Origin: Burkholderiales bacterium
GTDB lineage: Bacteria; Pseudomonadota; Gammaproteobacteria; Burkholderiales; Ga0077523
NCBI GenBank assembly: GCA_044339985.1
Contig: JBIIUM010000001.1
Location: 2,895 to 66,894 of the forward strand
Length of the DNA stretch: 64,000 nt
Direction of reading: 5' to 3'
Under the pieces are notes generated by a model. The model was not told where the DNA came from. It was given only the letters and a program-made list of their open reading frames with translations, and did no database searches. Below are positions 16,464 to 25,148 of the stretch, in pieces; the first letter of the stretch is position 1; each line of letters starts with the position of its first letter. Made by a program: the position numbers and the translations under genes.

Positions 16464-17418
16464 AGAAAATCTGCTCGTCGGTATAGCGCACGGCACGGCC
16501 ACGGCGAAGGGTAGGCTGTACGGGATCGCGCTGATCCAGAAAATAATCCATTGCCATCACACTTTCGTTGTAACCAAACGCGGTGCGGATGGAGGTGGAA
16601 GAAGAAATCCGGGGGTTGATTTCCAGCAGTTTCGGCCCTTTCGTGGATCGACGGAACTGGAAATTGGTCGGCCCCAGTGGCCGAAATAGTCGGCACAGTT
16701 CGTCCATCGCCGGGATGAATTCCGCCGTATCGGCCACTTCAGCCTTGTCGGTGAAGCCGTCGGGCGACAGTTTACGCCTTAGCGTCATGCAGGCGAAGTA
16801 GCCGCCGCGCCCGTCGCAAAACGCCGACGTGGTGAATTCCTCCTCGTCGTTACCGACGATGGGCTGGGCCATCAGAAGCGGGCCGATGTCGGTGCGGTGT
16901 TTCAAAAACACATCTTCCGAAGTCACCCGCACGATGCCTTTAGAGCCGAAGCCTCGGCGAGGCTTGAGCAGAAACGGCAAACCAAACTCCGCCGCCAGCA
17001 CGGAGAAATCGGTGTCCAGCGAACTTGCAATGGCGCAACCTACCCCAGCCGCCGCCAGCCGCTGGTAGAAGCCCCACTTGTCCTTGCACAGGGCAATCAG
17101 CTCTGGCACGTTCAACAGGGGACGCGCGTTAGTAGAACGAATCTTGGGTACATGCTCCACCCAGTGATACATGTCTATCTCGATGCCTGGAATCAGCAGG
17201 TCGATGCGATGCCGTCGGAGCGTGGCGAGCAGCCAGTCCAGATAGTCCGGCGCGCTGGTGAGTGGCGCATGCTCGAATACGTCACAGAAGGCGGGGGCCA
17301 CCGAGTCGTCGTAGATTGACGTGCCCACCAAAAAGCATGGCTGCGCAGCCTGTCGCAGCGAACGCAACACGCCGTATCCGACTATGCCGCTGGCGCCAGA
17401 GACGAGGACCCGTTTCAT
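16441..17418 (-). CDS. ATP-grasp domain protein (carboxylate-amine ligase type)
   Basis: 325 aa. Has a pre-ATP-grasp N-terminus, LKPRRGFGSKGI and LLEINPRISSS motifs. ATGA overlap with the upstream SDR gene. Confidence 0.85.
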   Translation of the reverse strand: MKRVLVSGASGIVGYGVLRSLRQAAQPCFLVGTSIYDDSVAPAFCDVFEHAPLTSAPDYLDWLLATLRRHRIDLLIPGIEIDMYHWVEHVPKIRSTNARPLLNVPELIALCKDKWGFYQRLAAAGVGCAIASSLDTDFSVLAAEFGLPFLLKPRRGFGSKGIVRVTSEDVFLKHRTDIGPLLMAQPIVGNDEEEFTTSAFCDGRGGYFACMTLRRKLSPDGFTDKAEVADTAEFIPAMDELCRLFRPLGPTNFQFRRSTKGPKLLEINPRISSSTSIRTAFGYNESVMAMDYFLDQRDPVQPTLRRGRAVRYTDEQIFYEDGVHL

Positions 17419-18263
17419 GGCAAAGCCCTTCTGCGAGCGGCTTCTCGGGCCAGGCCCTGAGCCAGCGAAATCCGCGGGAAATAACCAATGCGGCGATACA
17501 GGGTGTCATCTGCCTCGAAGGCGTTATCGAGAATGTCCGGCTTACCCGAGTCGAAACGGATAGTGCTGGCGCTACCGAAGGCTGCCACAGCCGCAGCCGC
17601 GATTTCGGAAAAGCGAACGTTGGACATACTGGCGCACTCGTAATGGCCTTCGATGCGCTGCTGCACCACGCGGGAGATGATCTCGGCCAAATCGTCGACA
17701 TGAATGAAATTACGCCGTGCGTCGTTGCGGCCATAGAGCACAATCTCCTTGCCATCCTGCGCGCTGTCCAGCAGCGCGTACAGGAAGGGCTGGTGGCGAC
17801 GAAAGGATTCTCCTCCGCCATATAACTGCGCTGGTCGCAATATCGCCAGCGCCAAACCGGTGCTGCGGCAGTACAACTGCGTCAGTTCCTCGGCGTGGCG
17901 TTTTGACAGGGAGTAGCTGCCGTAGAACGGGGACGGCTCGGCCAACCCCGCAAAGATGCTGGAAATCTGAACCAAATGGCCGACACCGGCAAGCTGACAG
18001 GCGTGCGCCAACTTGAGCGCACCGAGTACGTTCACCTCTTCGGCGTCCCGCATGGAGGCAAAACCGCGCCCGCCAAAGTGAGCCGCGAGATGAACGACGG
18101 CGTCCACGCCCTGCGGTAGCTGAAATCGCTCGGCGGGCCAGGCCAAGTCCAGCTCTAAATCGCACCCCATGCGCCCCGCGGTCTGCACTTCGGCAAACGA
18201 AGCCAGCACCGGGCGCAGCACCTGCGCCACGGAGGAATTTCCGCCAGCAAGTACTATCTTCAT
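17415..18263 (-). CDS. NAD-dependent epimerase/dehydratase family protein (SDR)
   Basis: Internal ATG at 18263 (MKIVLAGGNSSVAQ) with an ATGA overlap with the upstream methyltransferase stop. YSLSK catalytic motif. Confidence 0.8.
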   Translation of the reverse strand: MKIVLAGGNSSVAQVLRPVLASFAEVQTAGRMGCDLELDLAWPAERFQLPQGVDAVVHLAAHFGGRGFASMRDAEEVNVLGALKLAHACQLAGVGHLVQISSIFAGLAEPSPFYGSYSLSKRHAEELTQLYCRSTGLALAILRPAQLYGGGESFRRHQPFLYALLDSAQDGKEIVLYGRNDARRNFIHVDDLAEIISRVVQQRIEGHYECASMSNVRFSEIAAAAVAAFGSASTIRFDSGKPDILDNAFEADDTLYRRIGYFPRISLAQGLAREAARRRALP

Positions 18264-18982
18264 TGGGCGGCAATCTCGGCAAGCAGACCGCAACTCAGCT
18301 CGGGGTACGCGATACCGACGGTGCACAGTGCATCGATGACCCTGCGGTCCAGTTGCAAGGATACGATCTGGCGGGTGGTAAATGGTTTGAGGTAGATACC
18401 CTCCAGCCGGACTACGCTGCACCCCGATCGGGCAATATCCGCACTTAGGGTGCTCACGGTGTAAAAGCGTTTGTGTCCGAGCAAATGGTCGTTTTCGGAC
18501 AAGGTGGTGACATCATCCAGCAACCCGGCCAACTGGCCCAACCTGCGATTCAGTACCTCGGCGTTGGGTACGGCCAGGAACATCTGCCCGCCCGGCGCCA
18601 GAAATTCCCGGAATCGGTGCAGGATCAGTATCGGGTCGTCCACATGCTCAAGAATGAAACCCATGACGATCAGGTCAAAGCGCTCGTCGGTAGCGTAGTT
18701 CTCGAACCAGGTCTCGACGATCTCCGCCTTGCAATCCGGGTGTTTTTCGCGGAAATTGTCGATCACGGCAGATGAACCTTCCAGCACTACGTGACGCTCA
18801 AATCGCTCTGAAAAGGTGTCTGTCGCGTACCCATGACCAATTCCGAGTTCCAACAGTGAGCGCGCTGCTCGCGCATGATGCAGCACTCGCCGCGGATACC
18901 AGGTCAACAGAATCTCGTTGTCAAAGTCATACAGATTGTCTCCCTGATAGGCTGTGACATGCTTTTCCAGCGTATTGCTCAT
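18260..18982 (-). CDS. class I SAM-dependent methyltransferase (paralog of 13039..13824)
   Basis: 240 aa with motifs LLELGIGHGYAT, GFILEHVDDP and AVPNAEVLNRR, collinear with the other methyltransferase. Confidence 0.85.
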   Translation of the reverse strand: MSNTLEKHVTAYQGDNLYDFDNEILLTWYPRRVLHHARAARSLLELGIGHGYATDTFSERFERHVVLEGSSAVIDNFREKHPDCKAEIVETWFENYATDERFDLIVMGFILEHVDDPILILHRFREFLAPGGQMFLAVPNAEVLNRRLGQLAGLLDDVTTLSENDHLLGHKRFYTVSTLSADIARSGCSVVRLEGIYLKPFTTRQIVSLQLDRRVIDALCTVGIAYPELSCGLLAEIAAQ

Positions 18983-18994
18983 CTTGTTCGGCCC

Positions 18995-19693
18995 TCAGAC
19001 CAGTTCATAGCCCTCCCGGATCGCGACGGCGACCTGCTCGCGCGCATTGAACATCATCACATCAACTATGGACAGCAAGGGCACGAAGGGCGTGCCGAAC
19101 TGGGCGTACTCAAACGGTTTGGTGCGTAGGAAGCGAAGTTCCAAACCCTTTGCCCTGAAGACGTTTCGATCATATAGTTCCATTCCACCAATGGCGTTAA
19201 TGTATACATCCGCTCCCTGTGCACGGCAAAGAGCCAAGACCCTATCCTCCGCCCTCAGGTCATGGTCGATGGCGATGCTGGACGAGATGAGAATTTCGGT
19301 CTCGATGCCAAGGTGTACGCACAGTTCGATGATGGCGTGATGAAGATAGCGAAACAGGTTGCGTTCTTCACAACACACAATTCTCTCCAGCAGCGGGAAA
19401 ATCTGCATGAAGTAAGGAGCGCGTGCATAAGCTCCTCGGAACTGGTTAAGCAGTTTGCTGTGGTCAAAATCCGCCGCGAGTTCCCGCTCCACCACGTCGA
19501 GCGAATCCGAATCCTTTCTAATTGGCAGGGAGAACATCGCGTCCTTACCATTCAGTAGCATTCGATTGCGGTTAATCCACCCCTTTTTAGTGTACTTGAT
19601 GTTGTCGTAAACGATGAACGCATCCACAGCTGCTATCAGCTGGAAATAGCCAATGTACGGCAGAAAATACGGTTGCATGATGGCTAGCTTCAT
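18995..19693 (-). CDS. WbqC-like family protein
   Basis: ATG at 19693 (MKLAIMQPYFLPYIGYFQLI), the characteristic WbqC-family N-terminus. 232 aa. Confidence 0.8.
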   Translation of the reverse strand: MKLAIMQPYFLPYIGYFQLIAAVDAFIVYDNIKYTKKGWINRNRMLLNGKDAMFSLPIRKDSDSLDVVERELAADFDHSKLLNQFRGAYARAPYFMQIFPLLERIVCCEERNLFRYLHHAIIELCVHLGIETEILISSSIAIDHDLRAEDRVLALCRAQGADVYINAIGGMELYDRNVFRAKGLELRFLRTKPFEYAQFGTPFVPLLSIVDVMMFNAREQVAVAIREGYELV

Positions 19694-19806
19694 CCAAGTG
19701 CTCCGCAACGGATGTTGATATGAATACTCACTGCGATCACTGCTCGCTGATGAACTTGCAAACCAACTCGGCGACATCTATGACTAGGTCGGGATAGATT
19801 GGTAAG

Positions 19807-19811
19807 CACAG
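19807..19811. repeat. target-site duplication CACAG (left copy)
   Basis: CACAG lies immediately outside both ends of the IS2-like element. 5 bp is the duplication size known for IS2. Confidence 0.8.
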
Positions 19812-19844
19812 TGATCTTGCCCCCGTATGTCCGGACACGGCGAC

Positions 19845-20700
19845 TCACCTACCCAGCATGTCTCGCTCCCGGCGAAACATGCGTGGAGACCGCATCTTGA
19901 GCGTGGAATGCGGATGATGCTCGTTGTAGTGCTCGATCCACCCGGGCCGCTGCTCCAGCACCGAGCGCGCGTCGGGAATCCGGTTCACGCCGACGTAGTC
20001 GCGCTTGAGCGTGTTCACGAACGCCTCGGCCATCCCGCTGGACTGCGGGCTCTCCACCGGCGTGGTCACCGGCACCAACCCTACGTCCTTTGCAAAGCGC
20101 CGCGTGTCGCCGGCAACGTACGGCGAACCGTTGTCCGAGAGCCATTGCACCGGCTTCGGCGCCACTGGCGCACCGAAGCGGTACTCCACAGCCTTGAGCA
20201 TCATGTCGCGCACGAGGTGGCTGTCGATGCCCCCGTTTACGGCAGCCACCCAACAACATGACCTCTCGGTCGCAACAGTCCAGGCTGAAGGCCACGCGAA
20301 CCCGCTCCCCGTTCTCCGCCTTGATCTCCAGGCCGTCGGAGCACCAGCGCAGGTTGCTGTGGTCCACCGCCACGCGTCCCTCGTGGCGCCGGTCCGCCCC
20401 GCGCCTGGGAGCCTTGGGAAGCAACAGGCCATGCTCGCGCATCACCCGATACACCCGCTTGTGGTTCACCGCGGGCTGACCCGCGGCCAGGCGGCGCCGG
20501 CGAAGCCGTTCGCAGGCCCTCCGGAGCCGTAGGTGGGCAGCTGGGCGATCTCCGCCCGGATCTCCGACACCACCACGTCGTCCTCCATGGGACGCCTCGC
20601 CCGGCGTCCATCCGACCACTGCGCAGAGCGATTGGCCCGTTCCACCACGTTCGAGCGCGCCATACCCAGGACGTCACACACCGTCTTCACTTTTCGTCCC
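19845..20700 (-). pseudogene. IS2-like transposase OrfB, broken by two frameshifts
   Basis: The coding signal is spread over three frames: ..AQLPTYG | (Y)RRACERLRRRRLAAGQPAVNHKRVYRVM...LDCCDREVM | WVAAVNGGIDSHLVRDMM...HPHSTLKMRSPRMF. The junctions are consistent with a 1-nt deletion (ggc tc cgg, where ggc tac cgg is expected) and a 1-nt insertion. Confidence 0.8.
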
Positions 20701-21088
20701 CGGGCAACAAGGGTGAGCGCGCAATCCACTTTCGGTCTCGGGCGATCTCCACGGCTTCCTTGAGGATCTCGTTCTCCAGCGTCTTGCGGCCCAGCAACCG
20801 CTCCAGATCCCGGATCCTTCGCGTCGCCGCTGCCAGTTCCGAGGCCGGCACCACCGGCTCTCCAGCCGCCACCGACGCCAGGCTGCCGTCCTGATAGAGC
20901 CTTCGCCAATGAAACAACTGGTTAGGGTTGATCCCGTGGCGCCGGGCCACCAGCGATACCGACACCCCGGGCTCGAGCGTCTCGCGCACCATGCTCACCT
21001 TCTCGGCTGCGGTCCATCGTCGGCGGCGCCCCGCCGACCCGCTCAGTACCTCCACCTCAGCTTCTCTCTTGCGACTAGTCGTGGACAT
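20687..21088 (-). CDS. IS2-like transposase OrfA (InsC-like)
   Basis: ATG at 21088 after [55 protein letters not shown]...[17 protein letters not shown]...LLPGDEK parallels IS2 InsC. Confidence 0.85.
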   Translation of the reverse strand: MSTTSRKREAEVEVLSGSAGRRRRWTAAEKVSMVRETLEPGVSVSLVARRHGINPNQLFHWRRLYQDGSLASVAAGEPVVPASELAAATRRIRDLERLLGRKTLENEILKEAVEIARDRKWIARSPLLPGDEK

Positions 21089-21151
21089 AGGCGTACTCCT
21101 CAACCGAAGTTTAGGACTACGCCGTGTCCGGTGATTCAGGGGGCTACCTCA

Positions 21152-21156
21152 CACAG
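21152..21156. repeat. target-site duplication CACAG (right copy)
   Basis: See the left copy. Confidence 0.8.
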
Positions 21157-21253
21157 TACCTGGAGCGCGGCACCTTGCGCACATGGCAGGTTGTCTCGAT
21201 GAGCGGACGAAAGACCGCCGTACATTGGAAACTCTCAAGAAGTCAGACGATAG

Positions 21254-21840
21254 TGAATCGCCCCGGGTTTCGTGGAGGCCCCTTGGTTTGAGTCAGGCCG
21301 ACATGGCCTGCTCACGCACTGCACGATAGTGGTTTGCCTCAGCCTCCGCCGGAGGGATGTGGCCGATGGACTCAAGCAGGCGATGATGGTTGAACCAGGT
21401 CACCCACTCCAGCGTGGCGAGCTCGAGGGCCTCCCGGGTCTTCCAGGGGGCGCGGCGGCGGATCAGCTCGGTGTTGTAGAGCCCGTTGATGGTCTCGGCC
21501 AGGGCGTTGTCGTAGCTTGTCCCAGCAAATGCCCTTCCATGACATCGAACTGCGTATGCCCCAGGCGCTCAGCGTTTCCAGAAACGCTTCGATGCAGTAC
21601 TGGCTACCGCGGTCGCTGTAGAAAATCATGCCACACGGTGGATGCCGCCGGCGGCAGGCCGTCAGCAAAGCGTCCTTGACCACCTCCAGCCTCATGTGCG
21701 GCTTCAGGCTCCAGCCCACCACTTGCCGGCTGTGCAGGTCCAGCACAGACGGCCGTCAGGTACAGCCGGCCCTCATCCGTGGGCACGCAAGTGATATCCC
21801 CGCTCCAAAGCGCATTGGGTGTGCCCGGGCCGAAAATGCG
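21254..21840 (-). pseudogene. 3' fragment of an IS3-group element (OrfB C-terminal two-thirds plus right inverted repeat), frameshifted
   Basis: Outer end ...AAACCCGGGGCGATTCA (21254), stop at 21293-21295. Sequence runs PNALWSGDITCVPTDEGRLYLTAV / LDLHSRQVVGWS...YSDRGSQY / YDNALAETINGLYNTELIRRRAPWKTREALELATLEWVTWFNHHRLLESIG. At least two frame changes; IRL, orfA and about the first 110 OrfB codons are missing. Confidence 0.8.
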
Positions 21841-22227
21841 CTAGACCAGGTACTCCTTGAAGAGAGCGTCACGGATCAGCCGCTTGTCCCGGCAGAGGGA
21901 GACGGCCTGCGGCTTGCTTATCATTGGAATTGCGCCACCGCCCGCCCCCTCAACCCAGTGCGCGGCGTAGAAGTCCACCTCGGGGTCCGTGATTGGCATG
22001 ATCAGACCGACACGGTGCTCATGACAGATTGCGTCGATCGCTGTCAGATAGGAGCCGCTGTCCGCCGCCAATGGCACTTGCACGAAAGCATCCACCGATG
22101 AGGCAGTGGCACGCCATGCCCGCGGGTGGGTATCGCAGCCAACAACGGTATCGACCCCCGCAGCCCGCAGGGCGCCAATGACCGCTTCGGCGGACATTGA
22201 CCCTATCGAGGTTACGAGGACATTCAC
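21841..22227 (-). pseudogene. ATP-grasp enzyme, N-terminal (pre-ATP-grasp) fragment only, truncated at the IS junction
   Basis: GTG at 22227 (GTGA overlap with the aminotransferase stop). VNVLVTSIGSMSAEAVIGALRAAGVDTVVGCD...IMPITDPEVDF...SLCRDKRLIRDAL is collinear with the N-terminus of the ATP-grasp protein at 16441..17418. It ends after 128 codons, where IS3 sequence starts. Confidence 0.65.
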
Positions 22228-23354
22228 GATCGGACAGCCACCGCACGGATCACGGCGACTATACGACTCGTCTCTTCTTCGCTCATCTCGGGATAGATCG
22301 GAAGACAAAGCACCTGGCTTGCGACCTCGGCCGCCACGGGCAAACGGGCCTTATCTGCCGAGGGCAGCGACCGATACATGGGGAAATCAGTGATGAGCGG
22401 AAAGAAATAGCGGCGCGCAAAGATACCCCTGGAGCGCAGGTGTTCATAAAGCGCATCGCGGCCGATCGGAAACTCGGCATCCACGAGGATCGGAAAGTAG
22501 GAGTGGTTGTGACGCCGCGATTTCGGCCTGCCGAGGCAACGAATGCCGGCAACATCCTCGAGACCGCATCGATACGCCTCATCAACCGCGGCACGTCGCT
22601 CGAGGGCGGCATCAATGTGTCCAAGCTGTACCAGACCCACGGCCGCCTGGAGTTCATTCAACTTTCCATTGATGCCTGGGGCGACCACCGTCACTTCATC
22701 CGTGAAGCCGAAATTCTTCAGAAAATCGATGCGCATTTTCGCTTGTGGGTCTCGGCTGACGATCGCACCGCCTTCGAAGGTGGTGAATACTTTGGTGGCG
22801 TGGAAACTAAGCACCGATAAGTCCCCGTGCCGCAGGACGCTACCGCCTTCATCCTCCACTGCAAAGGCATGGGCGGCGTCATAGATGAGCCTCAGGCCGT
22901 AACGGTCGGCGATGGACTGCAGCGCACTTGTGTCGCAGGGCCGCCCATAGACGTGCACCGGAAGAATTGCGGTCGTGAGGGGCGTGATGGCGGCCTCCAC
23001 CTGCTCGGGATCCAGATTCAGGCTCTCCGGGTGGATATCCACGAATACTGGCCGGATGCCATTCCAAAGCAACGCGTGCGCTGTGGCCACGAAGCTGAAC
23101 GGCGTTGTGATGACCTCTCCCGTGATGCGCAGTGACTGCAGCGCGGTCACAAGACCCAGGGTGCCGTTCGCGAACAGGGAGATGTGCTCGACGCCCAGAT
23201 AATCGCAGAGCGCCCGCTCGAGCCGTTCGTGAAACGGTCCGCCGTTGGTCAACCTGTGGGAGCGCCAGATTTCCTCTAGGAGCGGCTGCAACTCCTCCAA
23301 AGGCGGGAGAAACGGCTGGGTGACATAGACCGGCGATGCCATGGCAAGCTGCAC
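22224..23354 (-). CDS. DegT/DnrJ/EryC1/StrS-family PLP-dependent sugar aminotransferase
   Basis: 376 aa with motifs TNGGPFHERLE, DAAHAF and SFHATKVFTTFEGG (PLP lysine context). The start is GTG 23354 or ATG 23342. Confidence 0.9.
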   Translation of the reverse strand: MQLAMASPVYVTQPFLPPLEELQPLLEEIWRSHRLTNGGPFHERLERALCDYLGVEHISLFANGTLGLVTALQSLRITGEVITTPFSFVATAHALLWNGIRPVFVDIHPESLNLDPEQVEAAITPLTTAILPVHVYGRPCDTSALQSIADRYGLRLIYDAAHAFAVEDEGGSVLRHGDLSVLSFHATKVFTTFEGGAIVSRDPQAKMRIDFLKNFGFTDEVTVVAPGINGKLNELQAAVGLVQLGHIDAALERRAAVDEAYRCGLEDVAGIRCLGRPKSRRHNHSYFPILVDAEFPIGRDALYEHLRSRGIFARRYFFPLITDFPMYRSLPSADKARLPVAAEVASQVLCLPIYPEMSEEETSRIVAVIRAVAVRS

Positions 23355-24626
23355 TCAACCATACGACGCCGGCGGAAACGCAACGAAGTCCTGCGTCCCG
23401 GGGGGGCGTTCGCCAATTCTCAGGGCGCACAAGTCGACGGCGGTCGCCAGAACTTCCGCATAGCGTTCATCCTGGTAGCGTGCGAGGAACACGCGGCTTT
23501 GCTCCATCCCGAGTTCCACGGCGTCCGACGGACGCAAGACATACAGCTCCACGAGATCGTGGATCGACTCCGGCGAGAATTCGAACGTGAACCGTTTTGA
23601 CTCTATTCCCGCCTCGTCGAAACAGGCCATCCGGTTCGTCAGAAAAGCTGTGCCACGCCCGATCGCTCGCCGCACACGGTCATGGGGAATGTCTTGCGTG
23701 TTTGGCGACATATCGATCACCGCTGGCGCCTGATCTATGAGTTCCTTCGTGCTGGCGACGTCCGAGTTCGGATCGTAGATCGCCCGCTTGCCGCTGAAGT
23801 CCACATGGTCCCAGAAGCGCCCCCGGATGATCACCGGGAGATCGAGCAGAGCCTCTGCAATCATCCGGCTCTTGAATCGACGCAGGTAGTCGTCCAACTG
23901 CGCCACCAGGAAACAGAGCAACGGACGGTTCGCGCCCACGTCGACGCCGATGGCCGCGAAATGACTGACAACCAGATCGTCGAACCTTGGCCTCCCATTG
24001 AGTCGCGCCCATTGCCTGCTCTCTTCCGCCATGGCATCGAGGGCATCGGCCACGCTTTGCGGCAGCGATTCACGCCAATACCTTCTGAGGCGGTCCACCG
24101 AGTTGCCGTTTTTAGGAAACAGGATTCGACCCGTCTGTTTCGAGGACAGGTCCAGGGATCGCATCGGGACACGATCCAGTACCAAGGGTGGCGCGGTTAT
24201 CGCAAGGGCGGGGCTACTGAACCACCGGTTGTAGAAGGCCGTCTGGACGGGATCCCCGTAAAAATTGATGGAATTCGGAAAAGACGCCACATGCCGATCC
24301 GGGAAATACGCCGGAAGATCTCCGTACATGCGAACGAAGGGGATGCCGAACACCGACCAGTAATTTCCGCTTTCGTGACCGATAGTCACGCTGATTTCCT
24401 GCCCCAGACCAAAAAAGCTGGCAGCAAACCATACCGGCTCGGAAAGCGCGTCGAGCAGGTGCTCATGTCGTTGCGGATCGCTCCAGTCGATCAAGACCGT
24501 CCGCGAGGCCAGGGATTCAAAGGGCGCAAGAAACCAACGAGAGTGATCGCGAAGCGCATTGCCTTCGCTGCTTCCCGTAAAGCAAATCACCGTTCCCCCC
24601 CGCTGTTGCCGGACAGGCGGAAGCAT
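23355..24626 (-). CDS. hypothetical protein (423 aa), first gene of the island operon; the C-terminal half is faintly GT-B/CgeB-like
   Basis: Internal ATG at 24626 of ORF 23355..25052 (upstream GTG alternatives exist). Protein-like composition; the stop abuts the aminotransferase start (TGAGTG). No motif I can assign firmly. Confidence 0.6.
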   Translation of the reverse strand: MLPPVRQQRGGTVICFTGSSEGNALRDHSRWFLAPFESLASRTVLIDWSDPQRHEHLLDALSEPVWFAASFFGLGQEISVTIGHESGNYWSVFGIPFVRMYGDLPAYFPDRHVASFPNSINFYGDPVQTAFYNRWFSSPALAITAPPLVLDRVPMRSLDLSSKQTGRILFPKNGNSVDRLRRYWRESLPQSVADALDAMAEESRQWARLNGRPRFDDLVVSHFAAIGVDVGANRPLLCFLVAQLDDYLRRFKSRMIAEALLDLPVIIRGRFWDHVDFSGKRAIYDPNSDVASTKELIDQAPAVIDMSPNTQDIPHDRVRRAIGRGTAFLTNRMACFDEAGIESKRFTFEFSPESIHDLVELYVLRPSDAVELGMEQSRVFLARYQDERYAEVLATAVDLCALRIGERPPGTQDFVAFPPASYG

Positions 24627-25148
24627 GATGGGTGGTGTGTCGGGTGCTGGGTTTACGTGCTCAGGTTCACGACGAAAAAACGAAGCAAGAATGCTCACCA
24701 CGGGCTCCAAAACTGTGCCAGGTCGCAAATGACAACTGCACCGTCTGCCACGACCATCACCGGATTGCGAACGGTCTCTGGGACACGTCGCCAGTCCGCC
24801 GCTACCCGCCGATGTGGCGCGTGCCGCGCGGCATCCGCACGCTCCGATAGTACCGAAACGACGCCGACTGCCGGGCGGCCTTCGCGCAGAACTGCAGTAG
24901 CAAAACCCAAGCCAGCTGCCAAATCTCTCGCCTCCGATCCCGAGGGGGCAGGCCCAAGCCGGTCGAGGCGGCGCGGGAAGGTCTTCCCGCGCGGAAATGA
25001 AAGAAAGGTCGGATGACGGTAGTTCGCTCAGACAAACAGCGAAAACTCCCAACTGTCAGCAATCTATCACGGTAGCCGATCGCGCGGCGCCTCCGCTCGA
25101 CCGGCGGTGGGCGGTCTGCGCCATGATGGAGGTCGATACCACGGCCCC

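Larger units (their letters stand above)
19812..21151 (-). mobile_element. IS2-like (IS3 family, IS2 group) insertion sequence, 1340 bp, with inactivated orfB
   Basis: The ends TGATCTTGCCCCCGTATGTCCGGACACGGCG and TGAGGTAGCCCCCTGAATCACCGGACACGGCG (reverse complement) resemble the IS2 IRR and IRL. OrfA is very similar to IS2 InsC. Flanked by a 5-bp direct repeat. Confidence 0.85.

Noticed and set aside
24714-24733. Sigma-54-like motif TGGCACAGTTTTGGA (minus strand) upstream of the island operon
   Set aside because: The -12 element reads GG instead of the essential GC at the correct spacing, so it is not a credible RpoN promoter.
23682-25016. 444-aa plus-strand ORF opposite the island's first gene
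   Set aside because: Its translation is Arg-rich and low-complexity. The minus-strand protein has ordinary composition, and its stop is coupled to the downstream aminotransferase, so the minus strand was preferred.
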